A program made the translations under genes and the position numbers. From IMG/VR virus record IMGVR_UViG_3300046810_000166, positions 1 to 64,000 of that record: a stretch of 64,000 nt of DNA; one strand, written 5' to 3'. The stretch is from a virus. Below are positions 1 to 9,721 of the stretch, one piece after another; the first letter of the stretch is position 1; every line of letters begins with the position of its first letter. The notes below the pieces were generated by a model. The model was not told where the DNA came from. It was given only the letters and a program-made list of their open reading frames with translations, and searched no databases.

Positions 1-701
1 AAGCCAGACACGCCCAGCCCCTTGTCCTTTTTCCACTCCAGCTCGATCGCGGCCGAGTCCATCGACAGCGAGTCGCGGGTCAGCTTGCCCATGAACTGCG
101 AGAAGGCGTCGCGGCCCAGCTTCTTGCGCTCGCGCGGCTTGAATTCCCAGCCGCAATTGGCGATGAAGCGGTTGAGCTTCTTGATGTTCTCCTGCTCGGA
201 CTTGGTCAGGTGGTGGTCCTTGTCCATGTGGCGGATCTCGTAGCCCGGCAGGTCGTTGCCCGACTCGGACACTGCGCAAAAGCGCTGCACCTGCCGCATC
301 CGGGTCAGCGTCACGGCCGACAGCACCGGCACCTGATCGACCACGCCGCGCATGGCGTCGAAGCTCATCAGGCTCGGGCGCTCCCAATACTCGCCCTGCA
401 TGTTCACCATGAAGTCGTCCAGCTGCACCGACTGCATGCCCGGCTTCCGGTTGCGCAGGTTGTTGGACGGATACGGGACGATGTTGGCGCTCATCGCCTT
501 TTCCATCGTCAGGTGGTCGTTGGCCATGGCCAGAAAATCCTTGAGGTGCCCCATCGGCGCCAGATCGCTGGCGGTGGGCATGTAGGACTTCTGGAGCTCT
601 GCCAACGCATCGCGGCGCTCATCCGCAGGCGCCAGCCTGTCGAACGCCACCACCTCAACGCGATCGCGCGCAAGGCCCCGGCGCTTGGATTTGTCGGTCA
701 T
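1..701 (-). CDS. Phage portal protein, N-terminal part (runs off the window edge)
   Basis: Not in the ORF track. Manual translation from ATG 701 is open to the edge: MTDKSKRR...LTMEKAMS...FIANCGWEF...FMGKLTRDSLSMDSAAIELEWKKDKGLGVSG. It resembles portals of large phage-plasmids. Late-promoter motif at 737-744. Confidence 0.7.
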   Translation of the reverse strand, partial: MTDKSKRRGLARDRVEVVAFDRLAPADERRDALAELQKSYMPTASDLAPMGHLKDFLAMANDHLTMEKAMSANIVPYPSNNLRNRKPGMQSVQLDDFMVNMQGEYWERPSLMSFDAMRGVVDQVPVLSAVTLTRMRQVQRFCAVSESGNDLPGYEIRHMDKDHHLTKSEQENIKKLNRFIANCGWEFKPRERKKLGRDAFSQFMGKLTRDSLSMDSAAIELEWKKDKGLGVSG

Positions 702-728
702 TGGTGAAACCCTCATGTAATTCACCAC

Positions 729-744
729 ACCCTAACGTCACGAC
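729..744 (-). promoter_or_regulatory. Late-promoter motif copy (portal)
   Basis: GTCGTGAC-gt-TAGGGT on the minus strand. Confidence 0.75.
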
Positions 745-780
745 CGGGGCGACAACTTCTCGACGGGAACAAAAAAGGGC

Positions 781-809
781 TTGCGGAACTAACGCAAAGC
801 GTATATAGT
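781..809 (+). promoter_or_regulatory. Sigma70 promoter with operator variant
   Basis: TTGCGG-17 nt-TATAGT with TAACGCAAAGCG in the spacer. Confidence 0.75.
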
Positions 810-844
810 TCATTCCATCAAACAACTCTTGGCGAGGAAACGAC

Positions 845-1342
845 ATGGACAAGAATCAATCGAAAGCGCTGAGCATCGAGCTGGCACAGGCTGTCAGCGC
901 CATCCTGAAAAAGCACAATCTCGGCACTTCGGTGGTCAGCACCGGCGGCAACGAAAGCGGCATCCTCCTCACGGTGACGTTCGCCGGCGACAAGGCAAAG
1001 CCGAGCGCAAACGCGGTGTCGCGCTACAAGAAATTCGGCGCCAAGCTGGGCCTGCCGACCCTCGGCACCATGATGATGGTGGCCGGCAAGGAATACGCGC
1101 TGGTCGGCCTGTCCTCCGATGGCGCGCGCGTCAAGGCCCTGCTGAACCAGCCGGGCGCCGCCGTGGTTGACCTGCCGCTGTCCGCCGTGCAGGCCGCGAT
1201 CGCCGCCGCCGGCGCCAAGATCGTGAAAGAGCAGGAGAAGGCCGAGCAGGCCCAGCCGGACGATGTGGTCGACCCGAACGTGACCGCGATGCTGGGCGCG
1301 ATCGGCGCCAAGGCCGCCAAGCCGGCCGAGGGCCAGCAGTGA
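845..1342 (+). CDS. Hypothetical protein
   Basis: GAGGA RBS, GC3-rich codons, first gene after the promoter. Confidence 0.8.
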   Translation: MDKNQSKALSIELAQAVSAILKKHNLGTSVVSTGGNESGILLTVTFAGDKAKPSANAVSRYKKFGAKLGLPTLGTMMMVAGKEYALVGLSSDGARVKALLNQPGAAVVDLPLSAVQAAIAAAGAKIVKEQEKAEQAQPDDVVDPNVTAMLGAIGAKAAKPAEGQQ

Positions 1343-1542
1343 GCCGAGCGCCCCACGTGGTGCTGCTCGACGGCCGATTCTTCTGCCGTCACTGCGGCGC
1401 CAGCTACACGATGAACCTGCCGGCCCCGATCAACGTTGCCGCCGCTGCCATGAACGCCTTCGTGGACGACCACGAAAAATGCAAGCTGGCCACCCCGAAC
1501 GTGCCCGGCACCCAGCTCGACCTGTTGAAAGATGGTAAATAA
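1339..1542 (+). CDS. Small protein with CxxC motif
   Basis: CRHC; GTGA and TAATG coupling with its neighbours. Confidence 0.65.
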   Translation: MSRAPHVVLLDGRFFCRHCGASYTMNLPAPINVAAAAMNAFVDDHEKCKLATPNVPGTQLDLLKDGK

Positions 1543-2444
1543 TGCAACCCGGTAACTACACCGCCCATGCGCTCGACTTCTTCCTGAATACCCCGGAAGG
1601 CAAGGCCCACCCGCGCATCTACCCGCGCAGTGTCACCGGCATGATGATGGCGCTGGACGCCATGCAGGCCGGCCAGAAGTTCCTCATGCCCGAATACGGC
1701 CGTGTTTTCGCCCCCGGCACCCGGCGCGGCGACTTCCGCGACCTGCTGCGCCTGCCTTACCCGGTCTGTGTGCTGGAGTATTTCTGCCCCGAATTAAACA
1801 AGCGCGATGCGGACAACGTCCGGCTGTCTGACTTCTTCCCCAAGCGCCGGATTGCCATCCTGCTGGACACCGGGCAGCTGCCAGAATTCAAGGGCACATC
1901 GAGCGACAACACCATCATGGTCGTCGGCTGCTGCGAGGTTGAGGACGGGTTCTGGACCTTCCTGCCGGGCGCGGCCATCCTGAACCCCGACACCGTCGAT
2001 GTGAACCCGGAAACCGGCCTGTTCAGCATCATCCCGGCCCCCTTTATCGAGGAAGCATGGGACCGCCCGAACTACACCTTCGAGGAGAAGGTTTTCGATA
2101 TCGGCGACGAGGCCACGGCCGCCGTCGAGTTCATGATGACCATCAACTGCGAGAACGTGAAGCGCGAGCGGATCGAGCCCTCGGCCAAGCTAAACAGGAA
2201 GCGCGAGGCCAACGGCAAGCTGCCCTTCTCCAGCTATTGGGTGCTGGATGTGTTCAAGGAGCAGCGCGAGCGCGGCGCCGGACAGGGCGGCTCGCACGCC
2301 TCCCCGCGCATGCACTTCCGCCGTGGCCATATCCGCCGGCTGGCCAGCGGCAAAACCACCTTCGTGCGCCACACCATGGTCGGCTCGGGCGAGGCCGGCG
2401 TGGTGCAGAAAACCTATAATTTGAAAGGAGCCCACCATGGCTGA
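1542..2444 (+). CDS. Conserved phage protein of unknown function
   Basis: C-terminal HASPRMHFRRGHIRRL...VG motif typical of a widespread phage family. Confidence 0.75.
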   Translation: MQPGNYTAHALDFFLNTPEGKAHPRIYPRSVTGMMMALDAMQAGQKFLMPEYGRVFAPGTRRGDFRDLLRLPYPVCVLEYFCPELNKRDADNVRLSDFFPKRRIAILLDTGQLPEFKGTSSDNTIMVVGCCEVEDGFWTFLPGAAILNPDTVDVNPETGLFSIIPAPFIEEAWDRPNYTFEEKVFDIGDEATAAVEFMMTINCENVKRERIEPSAKLNRKREANGKLPFSSYWVLDVFKEQRERGAGQGGSHASPRMHFRRGHIRRLASGKTTFVRHTMVGSGEAGVVQKTYNLKGAHHG

Positions 2445-2823
2445 CACCAGCACCAAGACCATCGCCGACCTGCAGAAGGGCGACACCTGCTATATGTTCG
2501 GCGGCTTTCCGCGCGGCGCCACCGGCGGCATCGAGGTGGAGGTCACCACGGCGGGCAGGGCGTACCTGCATGTCCGCCGGGCGGGCGCCAGCGCCGACAC
2601 GCGCGCCGTGAAGTTTTGCCGGCAGAGCGGCATAGAAGCGGCCGACACCAACTACAAGCGACTTCTGGTGCTCGACCGTGATGCCTATCTGGCCCGCCAG
2701 AAAGCGATCGCTGCCCATGCCAAGCTGCGCCGCAACATTGGGGCCGTTCTGCCTGATGACGTGACGCTGGCCGACATCGAGGCCGCTGCCGCGCTGCTGA
2801 AAATCGATCTGAACGAGAAATGA
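2437..2823 (+). CDS. Hypothetical phage protein
   Basis: AAAGGAG RBS, overlaps neighbours in the operon. Confidence 0.75.
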   Translation: MADTSTKTIADLQKGDTCYMFGGFPRGATGGIEVEVTTAGRAYLHVRRAGASADTRAVKFCRQSGIEAADTNYKRLLVLDRDAYLARQKAIAAHAKLRRNIGAVLPDDVTLADIEAAAALLKIDLNEK

Positions 2824-3230
2824 TGCAAAGAAACAAAATGAAGCACCAGCAGCGCAAGGCCGAGCGCCACGCCAAGGCCGAGCAGCTGCTGCGCGAGAAG
2901 GATTACAGTCTCAAGGAACTGGCGGCCGCGCTGCCCTACCAGATCAGCCATGCCCGGCTCATGATATACGAGCTGATGGGTATGGAGGGCGGCAAGCGTC
3001 AGGTGTTCATCTGCGGCTGGGATGTGGCGCCGAGGGCCAAGCGCGGCTACACCTGCACGCCGCGCTATCGGTGGGTCATGCACGCCGAGGCGAACGCGCC
3101 GCGCCCGGACAGTGAGGAGTGCCGCCGGCGCCTGCGCTTTGTCCCGGCCGGCGTACCGATCGAGGTGCCGAAGCTGCTGCCAAGCGCGCACAATGATCTG
3201 ATGGCGGCCCTGTTCGGGAGGGCGGCATGA
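2820..3230 (+). CDS. Hypothetical protein, possible winged-HTH
   Basis: ATGA coupling; resembles the next ORF (VFIxxW motif). Confidence 0.65.
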   Translation: MMQRNKMKHQQRKAERHAKAEQLLREKDYSLKELAAALPYQISHARLMIYELMGMEGGKRQVFICGWDVAPRAKRGYTCTPRYRWVMHAEANAPRPDSEECRRRLRFVPAGVPIEVPKLLPSAHNDLMAALFGRAA

Positions 3231-3670
3231 AGGACGATCTGGACACGACCGAGGCGGGGCGCCGCAAGCTGGCACGCGCCAAGGAGGTGCTGGCCGAGAA
3301 GGCGCTGACGATCCACCAGCTGGCCGGGGAGATCCACTGCAGCAAGGTGCACGCCTACCGCTACATCGCGCTCCTGCGCGGCGAGCGGCCGCACCACCCG
3401 CGCGTGATCTTCATCGCCAACTGGCCCTATGCCGGCGAGAAGCGCCCGCGCCGGGTGCCAGCCTTCCGCCTGATGGTCACCGGCGAGGAGAAGGACATGG
3501 AAAAGCCGGCCAACCTCACGCGGGCCGAGCGCGTCCAGCGGAAAGTCGAGCGCATGCGCACGGACAAGGAGCTGAACCGGCGCGTCAATCTGATCCGCCG
3601 CATCCGCCACCGGATCAGGACCGCCGGCGACCAGCTGCACCCGCTACCGGCCGGCTTTTTCAAGACTTGA
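3227..3670 (+). CDS. Hypothetical protein, possible winged-HTH
   Basis: LTIHQLAGEIHCSKVHAYRYIALL HTH-like segment. Confidence 0.65.
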   Translation: MKDDLDTTEAGRRKLARAKEVLAEKALTIHQLAGEIHCSKVHAYRYIALLRGERPHHPRVIFIANWPYAGEKRPRRVPAFRLMVTGEEKDMEKPANLTRAERVQRKVERMRTDKELNRRVNLIRRIRHRIRTAGDQLHPLPAGFFKT

Positions 3671-3816
3671 TGCCTGCAGGAACTGCCGGCCGCGTTCACT
3701 GGCCGGCGCGTATTTTGAACGCTTAGCGTTATTTAACCGATTGATTCTTGATGAAAACTAACGCAAAAGGTAAGTGGCCTGTTACAATACCGCCGTATCA
3801 ACCACAGGAGTCCACC

Positions 3817-4068
3817 ATGAGCATCACCATGAAAGACCGGCGCGACAAACCCGCGCGCCCGACCAAGGAACAGGTGGCGGCCGCCCGCCGGGCTGCCAAT
3901 ATCAGTCAGGATACGGCGGCCGCGCTGGTGCACCTGAGCTCCAGCGTGCGCTGGAGCGAGTACGAGCGCGGCGAGCGCAACATCGACCCGGCCAAGTTCG
4001 AGCTGTTCCAGATCAAGACCGGCCAGCACCCGGACTACGTGCCGCGCGGCGTGGCCATCACCGCTTAG
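3817..4068 (+). CDS. XRE-family HTH DNA-binding protein
   Basis: ISQDTAAALVH...WSEYERGERNID; CAGGAG RBS; operator variant at 3759-3770. Confidence 0.8.
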   Translation: MSITMKDRRDKPARPTKEQVAAARRAANISQDTAAALVHLSSSVRWSEYERGERNIDPAKFELFQIKTGQHPDYVPRGVAITA

Positions 4069-6703
4069 ACTCGAAGAAGTAGCAAGCAATATCCTGCGCG
4101 CGAACCGCCAGATCGCGCTCCACGCACCACTCGTTATCCGGGTCGAAGTGCTCGCACCCACCACATTTCCCCATCTGCTCCACCTGCGCGCGCTGATCGG
4201 CGATCGCACTCACCACCGGGCTGTTGGCCACTGCGCCGCCATTCGCCGTCGCCACATTCGGCTTCGCCTCGTCAGGGAACAGGAACATCGCCGTGCCGTG
4301 CGCGCGCGCCCATGCCACGTTCAGCAGCATGTAGGCATAGGAGAAGTGCGGGTCGATGCCGACCTTGACCACCTTGCGGCTGTATTTCTTCTGCTCCTCG
4401 TCCTTCTCCACGATCAGGGCGGTGCGGGTGAAGTGCATGAACACCCGGTCCCTGAGTAGCGGGATGATGACGCGCTCGCCCTTCGTGCCCTTCTCCAGCA
4501 CCTCCTGCTTGAGCCCATCCGGTGGCGGGAATACCGTCACCTTGTTCTGGATGCGCTTCATGGCCACCTGCATGCACTTGTACTGGTCGAGAATGACGGT
4601 GTAGCGGTCGCGGTCCTCCTCGTCGGTCTTGCGCTCGGAATTGGTGGCCTTGGAGTCGCCCCACCGCATCATATCTTCCTTGATGTCGGCGTAGCCGGCC
4701 AAGAACACCTTGCCGGCGTGGCGGTTGGCGAAGCGCTTGGCGTCGTTGTAGTTCGGCAGGGTTTCGACCACGCACACGGCCACACCATACAGCGCCATCA
4801 GTTCATCGCAGCGATCGAACGGGCTGGCCTCGGGATTCTCGGGCGTGGGCGCCACCAGAATCTCCTCCACGTGCACGATGCCCATGTGCCCGGACGGCAT
4901 GCGGATCGCGATGATGGCCACGTTGTAGTTGCCCATCTGGTCGATGCCCATGTAGGAGCCGGACGCGCGCGCCAGCCACTGCAGGCCCAGCCGGGCGCCC
5001 TCCTCGGCGCAGGCGTTGAGCATTTCGAGGTTGACCGGCACCTGCGACGGGTCGGTGTAGGGCTTGCCCAGCACGCGATTCCAGAAGTTCTTGAGGTCGT
5101 CCGCCGAGTGGTACTTGGTGATGATGTTGCGGGCCGTGATGGTCGGCGACAGGAACTGCGGGAAGTGCAGGGACACCGTCATCGGCGTGCCCTCCTCGTC
5201 CACCCAGCGCTGCTTGTCCATGTCCCAATAGCCGCGCTGGGCCTCCCACTTGCCGGCCTGCGGGTTGTCGATCCAGCCGCCGCAGCTCTTGCACACATAG
5301 CGGTAGTCGCGGATCTCGGGGTCGTACTTGATGCAGGCCGGGAAGTAGGAGTCGAGCGCGTGGTGCTCGCCGCAGCTCGGGCACAGGGTGCAGAACTGGT
5401 GCATCGTGCCCTGCTTGTAGAGCCAGTCGATATCGGCGTCCGGCCAGTTCGCGGTCGACCCGGCCAGCGTGAACTTGATGCGCGAGCCGGAAAGACGCTC
5501 CTTGGTCTTCTCGATCTGCTCCTTCGTCATTTCCTGCACTTCGTCCAGCGACAGCACGTCCAGCGGGATCGACTCGGTGGCGCCCTTGCCGCTGGTCCAC
5601 ATGAAGTGAAAGCGCGAGCGGCCCATGACGCGCACCAGAACGTTGCCCTCGCCCTTGTTCGAGCCGGTGGTCGAGTCGGTGGTCAGCAGCTTGTGCGCGG
5701 CCGGGATGGTGCGCAGGATGGGCATGAATCGCACCGAGGACTTGACGCCGGCGAGGCTCATATCGGGCAGGTACATGCCGATCTTGCAGGGGCTGAACTT
5801 GATGGCCATGTAGATCATGGCCAGCATTTCCATGACGGTGAATCCGACCTGCGTGCACTTCATCATCACCACCATGCGCTCGAACGCCTCCGCGATCGTG
5901 CTGGGGATCTGGTCGTACACAAACCACATGGCCGGCCGGTTGGCCAGCTCGAACGGCATGTCGTCCACCTGCAGGCCGCTGGCGGCGAGGCGCAGGCACC
6001 ATTCGCGGAAGGTTTCGTCCACGCCAATGATGGTCTGCTCGTCGGTCAGCTCGATGCCGTCCACGAACGCGCCGTTGCGCTCCTGCTCGAAGGCCTCGGG
6101 CTTCATCACCATCCGGTCGCGCTCGACGGCCTCCTGATCGGCGTGCGGGTTGTCCTCGGCGCGCATGTGGAAGACGGCGCCGTCGCGGCCCTCGTCGGCG
6201 ATTCGGGCCAGCGTGGCGAAGTCGTTGAACATGCCGCGCGGCTTGCCAAAGAACCACGCCTGCCCCCGGTAGCGGGTCAGCAGGCCGGACACCGCCTCGT
6301 CCCACAGGCTGGCCAAGTGCTCGATCTGGACCGCGTCATCGACCACCACCATGGAGAACTGGTCCCACACGCGGAAGGGTTTGTCCATCGGCACCAGCAG
6401 GATCACGCCGCCGGTGGTCAGGACGATGCGGTCGCGGTCGATCGGGCTGCGCGGGGAGATCAGCGGCTCGATCATGCCGTAGATGCGACGCTTGACCGCG
6501 TCCACGGCCTCCTCGTTCGGCAGCAGCACGGCCACCCGGTTGCCATGGATGGCGCCGCGCTTGGACGCCAGCACGATGTCGATGGCCAGCGTAGTCTTGC
6601 CCGAGTCGACGCCGCCGGCCACCACGTTCACGCGCGCCATGGACGCGGCGATCTCGGCCTGTACCGGGGTCAGCTTCGGGAGTTTGATGAGGAGTTCTGC
6701 CAC
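4058..6703 (-). CDS. terL: Terminase large subunit, lambda gpA-like, with an extra N-terminal terminase-ATPase domain
   Basis: KCTQVGFT Walker A, LSLDEV Walker B, CPSC/CKSC Zn motifs, FWNRVLG, GIDQ nuclease motif; N-terminal GVDSGKTT and VVVDDA. Confidence 0.9.
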   Translation of the reverse strand: MAELLIKLPKLTPVQAEIAASMARVNVVAGGVDSGKTTLAIDIVLASKRGAIHGNRVAVLLPNEEAVDAVKRRIYGMIEPLISPRSPIDRDRIVLTTGGVILLVPMDKPFRVWDQFSMVVVDDAVQIEHLASLWDEAVSGLLTRYRGQAWFFGKPRGMFNDFATLARIADEGRDGAVFHMRAEDNPHADQEAVERDRMVMKPEAFEQERNGAFVDGIELTDEQTIIGVDETFREWCLRLAASGLQVDDMPFELANRPAMWFVYDQIPSTIAEAFERMVVMMKCTQVGFTVMEMLAMIYMAIKFSPCKIGMYLPDMSLAGVKSSVRFMPILRTIPAAHKLLTTDSTTGSNKGEGNVLVRVMGRSRFHFMWTSGKGATESIPLDVLSLDEVQEMTKEQIEKTKERLSGSRIKFTLAGSTANWPDADIDWLYKQGTMHQFCTLCPSCGEHHALDSYFPACIKYDPEIRDYRYVCKSCGGWIDNPQAGKWEAQRGYWDMDKQRWVDEEGTPMTVSLHFPQFLSPTITARNIITKYHSADDLKNFWNRVLGKPYTDPSQVPVNLEMLNACAEEGARLGLQWLARASGSYMGIDQMGNYNVAIIAIRMPSGHMGIVHVEEILVAPTPENPEASPFDRCDELMALYGVAVCVVETLPNYNDAKRFANRHAGKVFLAGYADIKEDMMRWGDSKATNSERKTDEEDRDRYTVILDQYKCMQVAMKRIQNKVTVFPPPDGLKQEVLEKGTKGERVIIPLLRDRVFMHFTRTALIVEKDEEQKKYSRKVVKVGIDPHFSYAYMLLNVAWARAHGTAMFLFPDEAKPNVATANGGAVANSPVVSAIADQRAQVEQMGKCGGCEHFDPDNEWCVERDLAVRAQDIACYFFESKR

Positions 6704-6730
6704 TGGATGCCTCTGTGTTTCGAGGCCTCC

Positions 6731-6746
6731 AGTGTCGTGTCACGAC
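6731..6746 (-). promoter_or_regulatory. Late-promoter motif copy (terL)
   Basis: GTCGTGAC-ac-GACACT. Confidence 0.75.
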
Positions 6747-6752
6747 TGAAAA

Positions 6753-7181
6753 TCAGAGGGGTCTTGACTGCTTCGCGGCGATCGCACGGCGCTTGGCGGC
6801 GCGGCGTTCGCGCTTGGCCTCGGCGGCCTCCACCACGGCAAAATCCTCGTCGGGCGGCGAGAACTGCCATGGCACGGTGGCGCCAGCCGGGATCGCGCCC
6901 TTCACCTGCGTGCGCACCGCGTACCAGCCATAGCAGGGCAGCTTGGGATGCTGATGGCACATGAAGGGCACGTTCTCCACGATGCACTTCATCAGGTCGA
7001 CCTGCGTTTGCGCGCAGCCGTTCGGCACCGTGCCAGCCCGGAACGCGCAGGTCTTGCAGCGCTCGTCGGGCTCACCGGCAGCTTCCAGCTTGGCCACGCA
7101 CTTGTCGGCCAGCGCGGCGGTCTGCTCGCCGGCCGCGCGCCCTTCCGGGCTCACGCGGTGATGGTCGTGCGCTTCCTTCAC
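6753..7181 (-). CDS. Cys-rich hypothetical protein
   Basis: CKTCAFR...FMCH...CYGW; GTG start overlaps the upstream stop. Confidence 0.7.
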   Translation of the reverse strand: MKEAHDHHRVSPEGRAAGEQTAALADKCVAKLEAAGEPDERCKTCAFRAGTVPNGCAQTQVDLMKCIVENVPFMCHQHPKLPCYGWYAVRTQVKGAIPAGATVPWQFSPPDEDFAVVEAAEAKRERRAAKRRAIAAKQSRPL

Positions 7182-7945
7182 TGGCCGTCCTCCGGGGTGC
7201 CAGCGCCATACGTTGGCGGGCGCGAGTCGAGCATGCCGATCGTTTCTTCCCACGTACTCCCCGGCGGCAGGTGGTCACGGATCACGGCCGTGACCTGCGC
7301 ATGGGCTTCGACCTGCCCGGCCTTGTCCAGCGCGATCGCAGCGTGCTCCAGCGCGCACTCGGCGTCACGTGGCAGCGGGGCATGCTGCAGCTCGCGGCGG
7401 CGCTCCACGCCCTCCAGCAGCGGCTCCTTGGCCCCTTCCGGCACCCGGCGCGCGCGGATCTTGTCGGCCGTGCCCTTGGCCATCAGCGCGATCTGGTCGG
7501 CCTGCTGGAATCCGCAGTCAACCACCGCCATGACGAAGCCCTCGATCGCGGCCGCCTGCGCCTCCAGCACGGCATTGAATGCCTGCTCGGCGGCGCCGAA
7601 GCGGTCGACCAGCTCCTGCGCCAGCTGCGGATGGGTGGCGGCGCACGACGCGGCATAGGCCTGAATCGCCGGGATCGCGTGCGGGTCGTGGGACAGGTCC
7701 AGCACGAAGTTGAAGCAGCCGTAGTGCTTCCCGCCGGGCAGATCGCTGCCGTCGACGCGCTGCACAAGGAACTTCTGGAATGCGCCCTGCGCCTCGGCCG
7801 GCTTATTCGGGTCGCGCGGCGGCAGCTGCCCAGTCACGCGGATCTTGGCCAGCGCCGCCAGCACGTCCGCCACGTTCTCGGGGCTGGTGCGGGCCAGACC
7901 CTCGGCCGACATCGCGGCCATCACCTTCTTGGTATTCTCATCCAT
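7178..7945 (-). CDS. Mosaic phage protein of unknown function
   Basis: KFLVQRVDGSD..GGKH..C..FVLDL.HDPHAIPA..AYA segment recurrent in phages. Confidence 0.75.
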   Translation of the reverse strand: MDENTKKVMAAMSAEGLARTSPENVADVLAALAKIRVTGQLPPRDPNKPAEAQGAFQKFLVQRVDGSDLPGGKHYGCFNFVLDLSHDPHAIPAIQAYAASCAATHPQLAQELVDRFGAAEQAFNAVLEAQAAAIEGFVMAVVDCGFQQADQIALMAKGTADKIRARRVPEGAKEPLLEGVERRRELQHAPLPRDAECALEHAAIALDKAGQVEAHAQVTAVIRDHLPPGSTWEETIGMLDSRPPTYGAGTPEDGQ

Positions 7946-7966
7946 CGGTCATTCCTTTCGTAGTTG

Positions 7967-8371
7967 CTATGCTGTCACTTTGGTGCTGTAGTCCTTGGTC
8001 AGGGCGCCGGCCACGTGCAGCGCGGCCTCGATGCGCGCCAGATCGCGCTTGCGTTCCGTCTTGCATTGTGCCGAGTGGCGCAGCTTCCGCGCGCACAGCA
8101 CCAGCTCGGCCAGTGCCTCGGTCAGCTGCCTCTCGCGGCGCAGCAGCGCGCCGGCCTCACCCTGCTCCAGCTTCTGGATGCGGGCGTGCAGCTCCTTGAT
8201 CTTGCTCTTGTCCTGCGCGGCATGGGCGGCCAGTCCACGGTTGCGGCCCTCGCGGAACCAGTACATGGCGATCGAGCGCTGCGGCCTGTTGCCGGGCGTG
8301 GCGCGCGTCCAGACCACCTCGAACTCGGTGCGGACCACCTCGCGGGCGGTGATGTCGACAGCGCCTTCCAT
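7967..8371 (-). CDS. Hypothetical protein
   Basis: TGATG coupling, coiled-coil character. Confidence 0.65.
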   Translation of the reverse strand: MEGAVDITAREVVRTEFEVVWTRATPGNRPQRSIAMYWFREGRNRGLAAHAAQDKSKIKELHARIQKLEQGEAGALLRRERQLTEALAELVLCARKLRHSAQCKTERKRDLARIEAALHVAGALTKDYSTKVTA

Positions 8372-8658
8372 CAGGTGCCCAAGTACTTCCAGAGCTCGGC
8401 ATGCGTATGCCCGCACGGCACGCGCTCGCCGGTATCCTCGAACAGGCCGGTGGCCAGCAGCGGCGCGCGCAGCCACTCGTTCTCGAACCACATCTTCACG
8501 TGCAGGTGGCCCGGCGGCAGTGGCTGATCGGGGATGTTCACCGTCACCTTGCAGAACATACCCTCATCGATCAGGATGGCCATGCGCTTGTTTTCATAGA
8601 AGGCCTGATGCAGCGTGTGCTGTTGGCCGGCGAGGGTGACGGTTCCTATCTTTTTCAT
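8371..8658 (-). CDS. Hypothetical protein (DUF4313-like)
   Basis: TVNIP...HVK.W.ENE...L.ATGLFEDTG pattern. Confidence 0.65.
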   Translation of the reverse strand: MKKIGTVTLAGQQHTLHQAFYENKRMAILIDEGMFCKVTVNIPDQPLPPGHLHVKMWFENEWLRAPLLATGLFEDTGERVPCGHTHAELWKYLGT

Positions 8659-8675
8659 ATGATTTTCCCCTTCAA

Positions 8676-8987
8676 TTACGGCTCGAAGCTCACCAGCTCA
8701 CGCAGCGCTTCCAGCGTGACCTTGGGCACGCCCCACTCGGCGCCGTAGGTGCCCAGCACCAGCCCGCGCCCCAGCATCGCCGGGTAGTCGGCGTAGCGGA
8801 ACATGCCCAGCGCCTCCGGGTTCTTGTAGCAGGCCTCCTCGTCAATCAGCACGATGTCGCGCTGCGTGTTGATCATCACCTGCTCCACCATGTCGCACTG
8901 CGTCAGCGCGTACACGCTGTCCAGCTCGCCGGTGGTGTCCACTTCGGTGACGGTCTTGGCCACCGGGTCGATCAGATAGGCTTTCAT
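8676..8987 (-). CDS. DUF3846-like protein
   Basis: MKAYLIDP...CDMVE...LIDEEA; AGGAAG RBS. Confidence 0.7.
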   Translation of the reverse strand: MKAYLIDPVAKTVTEVDTTGELDSVYALTQCDMVEQVMINTQRDIVLIDEEACYKNPEALGMFRYADYPAMLGRGLVLGTYGAEWGVPKVTLEALRELVSFEP

Positions 8988-8997
8988 ACACTTCCTT

Positions 8998-9468
8998 TCA
9001 ATAAACTTGCTGCAGTCCGTAGCGCAGCAGATCCCGCCACCCGGCGGCGGCGAACTCCGGGGCCAGCTCACTCATCTGCTGGTCGCTGATGAATTCGAGG
9101 TTGAACATGCGGTCGATCCACATATCGGCCGCAGAGCGCTTGGGGATCAGCACGGCCACATCCGCCGCGCAGGCCAGCAGCTGGGCCTCGGACAGCGGCC
9201 GGCCTTCGTTGGTGTCGATGATCTTGCCCACCACGCCGGGCGACACCCGGCACTGGCGCGCGATGTCGGTGATGCCGGCGGGCGTGTTCAGCCAGTTCGA
9301 CCAGACCCACGCGCACAGCTCGGCGCGGGACTCGAAGCGGCCGGTGGCCGGCTTGCGGCCACGCGCTCGGGCGCGCTCGCGCGCCTCGAACCGCACCGTC
9401 TTGTCGAGATCGCGGCGCTCAGCCTCCAGCCCCGAAGCGGCGAACGTCGCGTGCGCGAGGCGGCTCAT
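8998..9468 (-). CDS. Hypothetical protein with HTH-like segment
   Basis: ITDIARQCRVSPGVVGKII; ATGA overlap with the hicA-like gene. Confidence 0.65.
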   Translation of the reverse strand: MSRLAHATFAASGLEAERRDLDKTVRFEARERARARGRKPATGRFESRAELCAWVWSNWLNTPAGITDIARQCRVSPGVVGKIIDTNEGRPLSEAQLLACAADVAVLIPKRSAADMWIDRMFNLEFISDQQMSELAPEFAAAGWRDLLRYGLQQVY

Positions 9469-9686
9469 GCCGGCACCTCGATCCCTGCGCGCTTGATGTC
9501 GGCCATGAAATTCTTCACCGCGTGGTGGTCGGTCGGGGTCTTGTTGATGGTGAGTCGCTTGGTGCCGCAGGGAGATTTCAGCTGCGGGTGCTTGCCGGTG
9601 GTGCGGGCGACCCAGCCGGCCTGCATCAGCTTCTGGCAGATGCCGTTGATGGCTTTGTCGTTCGAGAGTTTCTTGCCTGTCGCCAT
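9465..9686 (-). CDS. hicA: HicA-like (dsRBD-fold) mRNA interferase, orphan
   Basis: 73 aa, LMQAGW..RTTGKHPQL..P...TP.D.HAVKNFMADIKR. Confidence 0.75.
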   Translation of the reverse strand: MATGKKLSNDKAINGICQKLMQAGWVARTTGKHPQLKSPCGTKRLTINKTPTDHHAVKNFMADIKRAGIEVPA

Positions 9687-9721
9687 GATGCTTTCCTTTC
9701 GGAAGTTGTTTGTGTGAAAGC

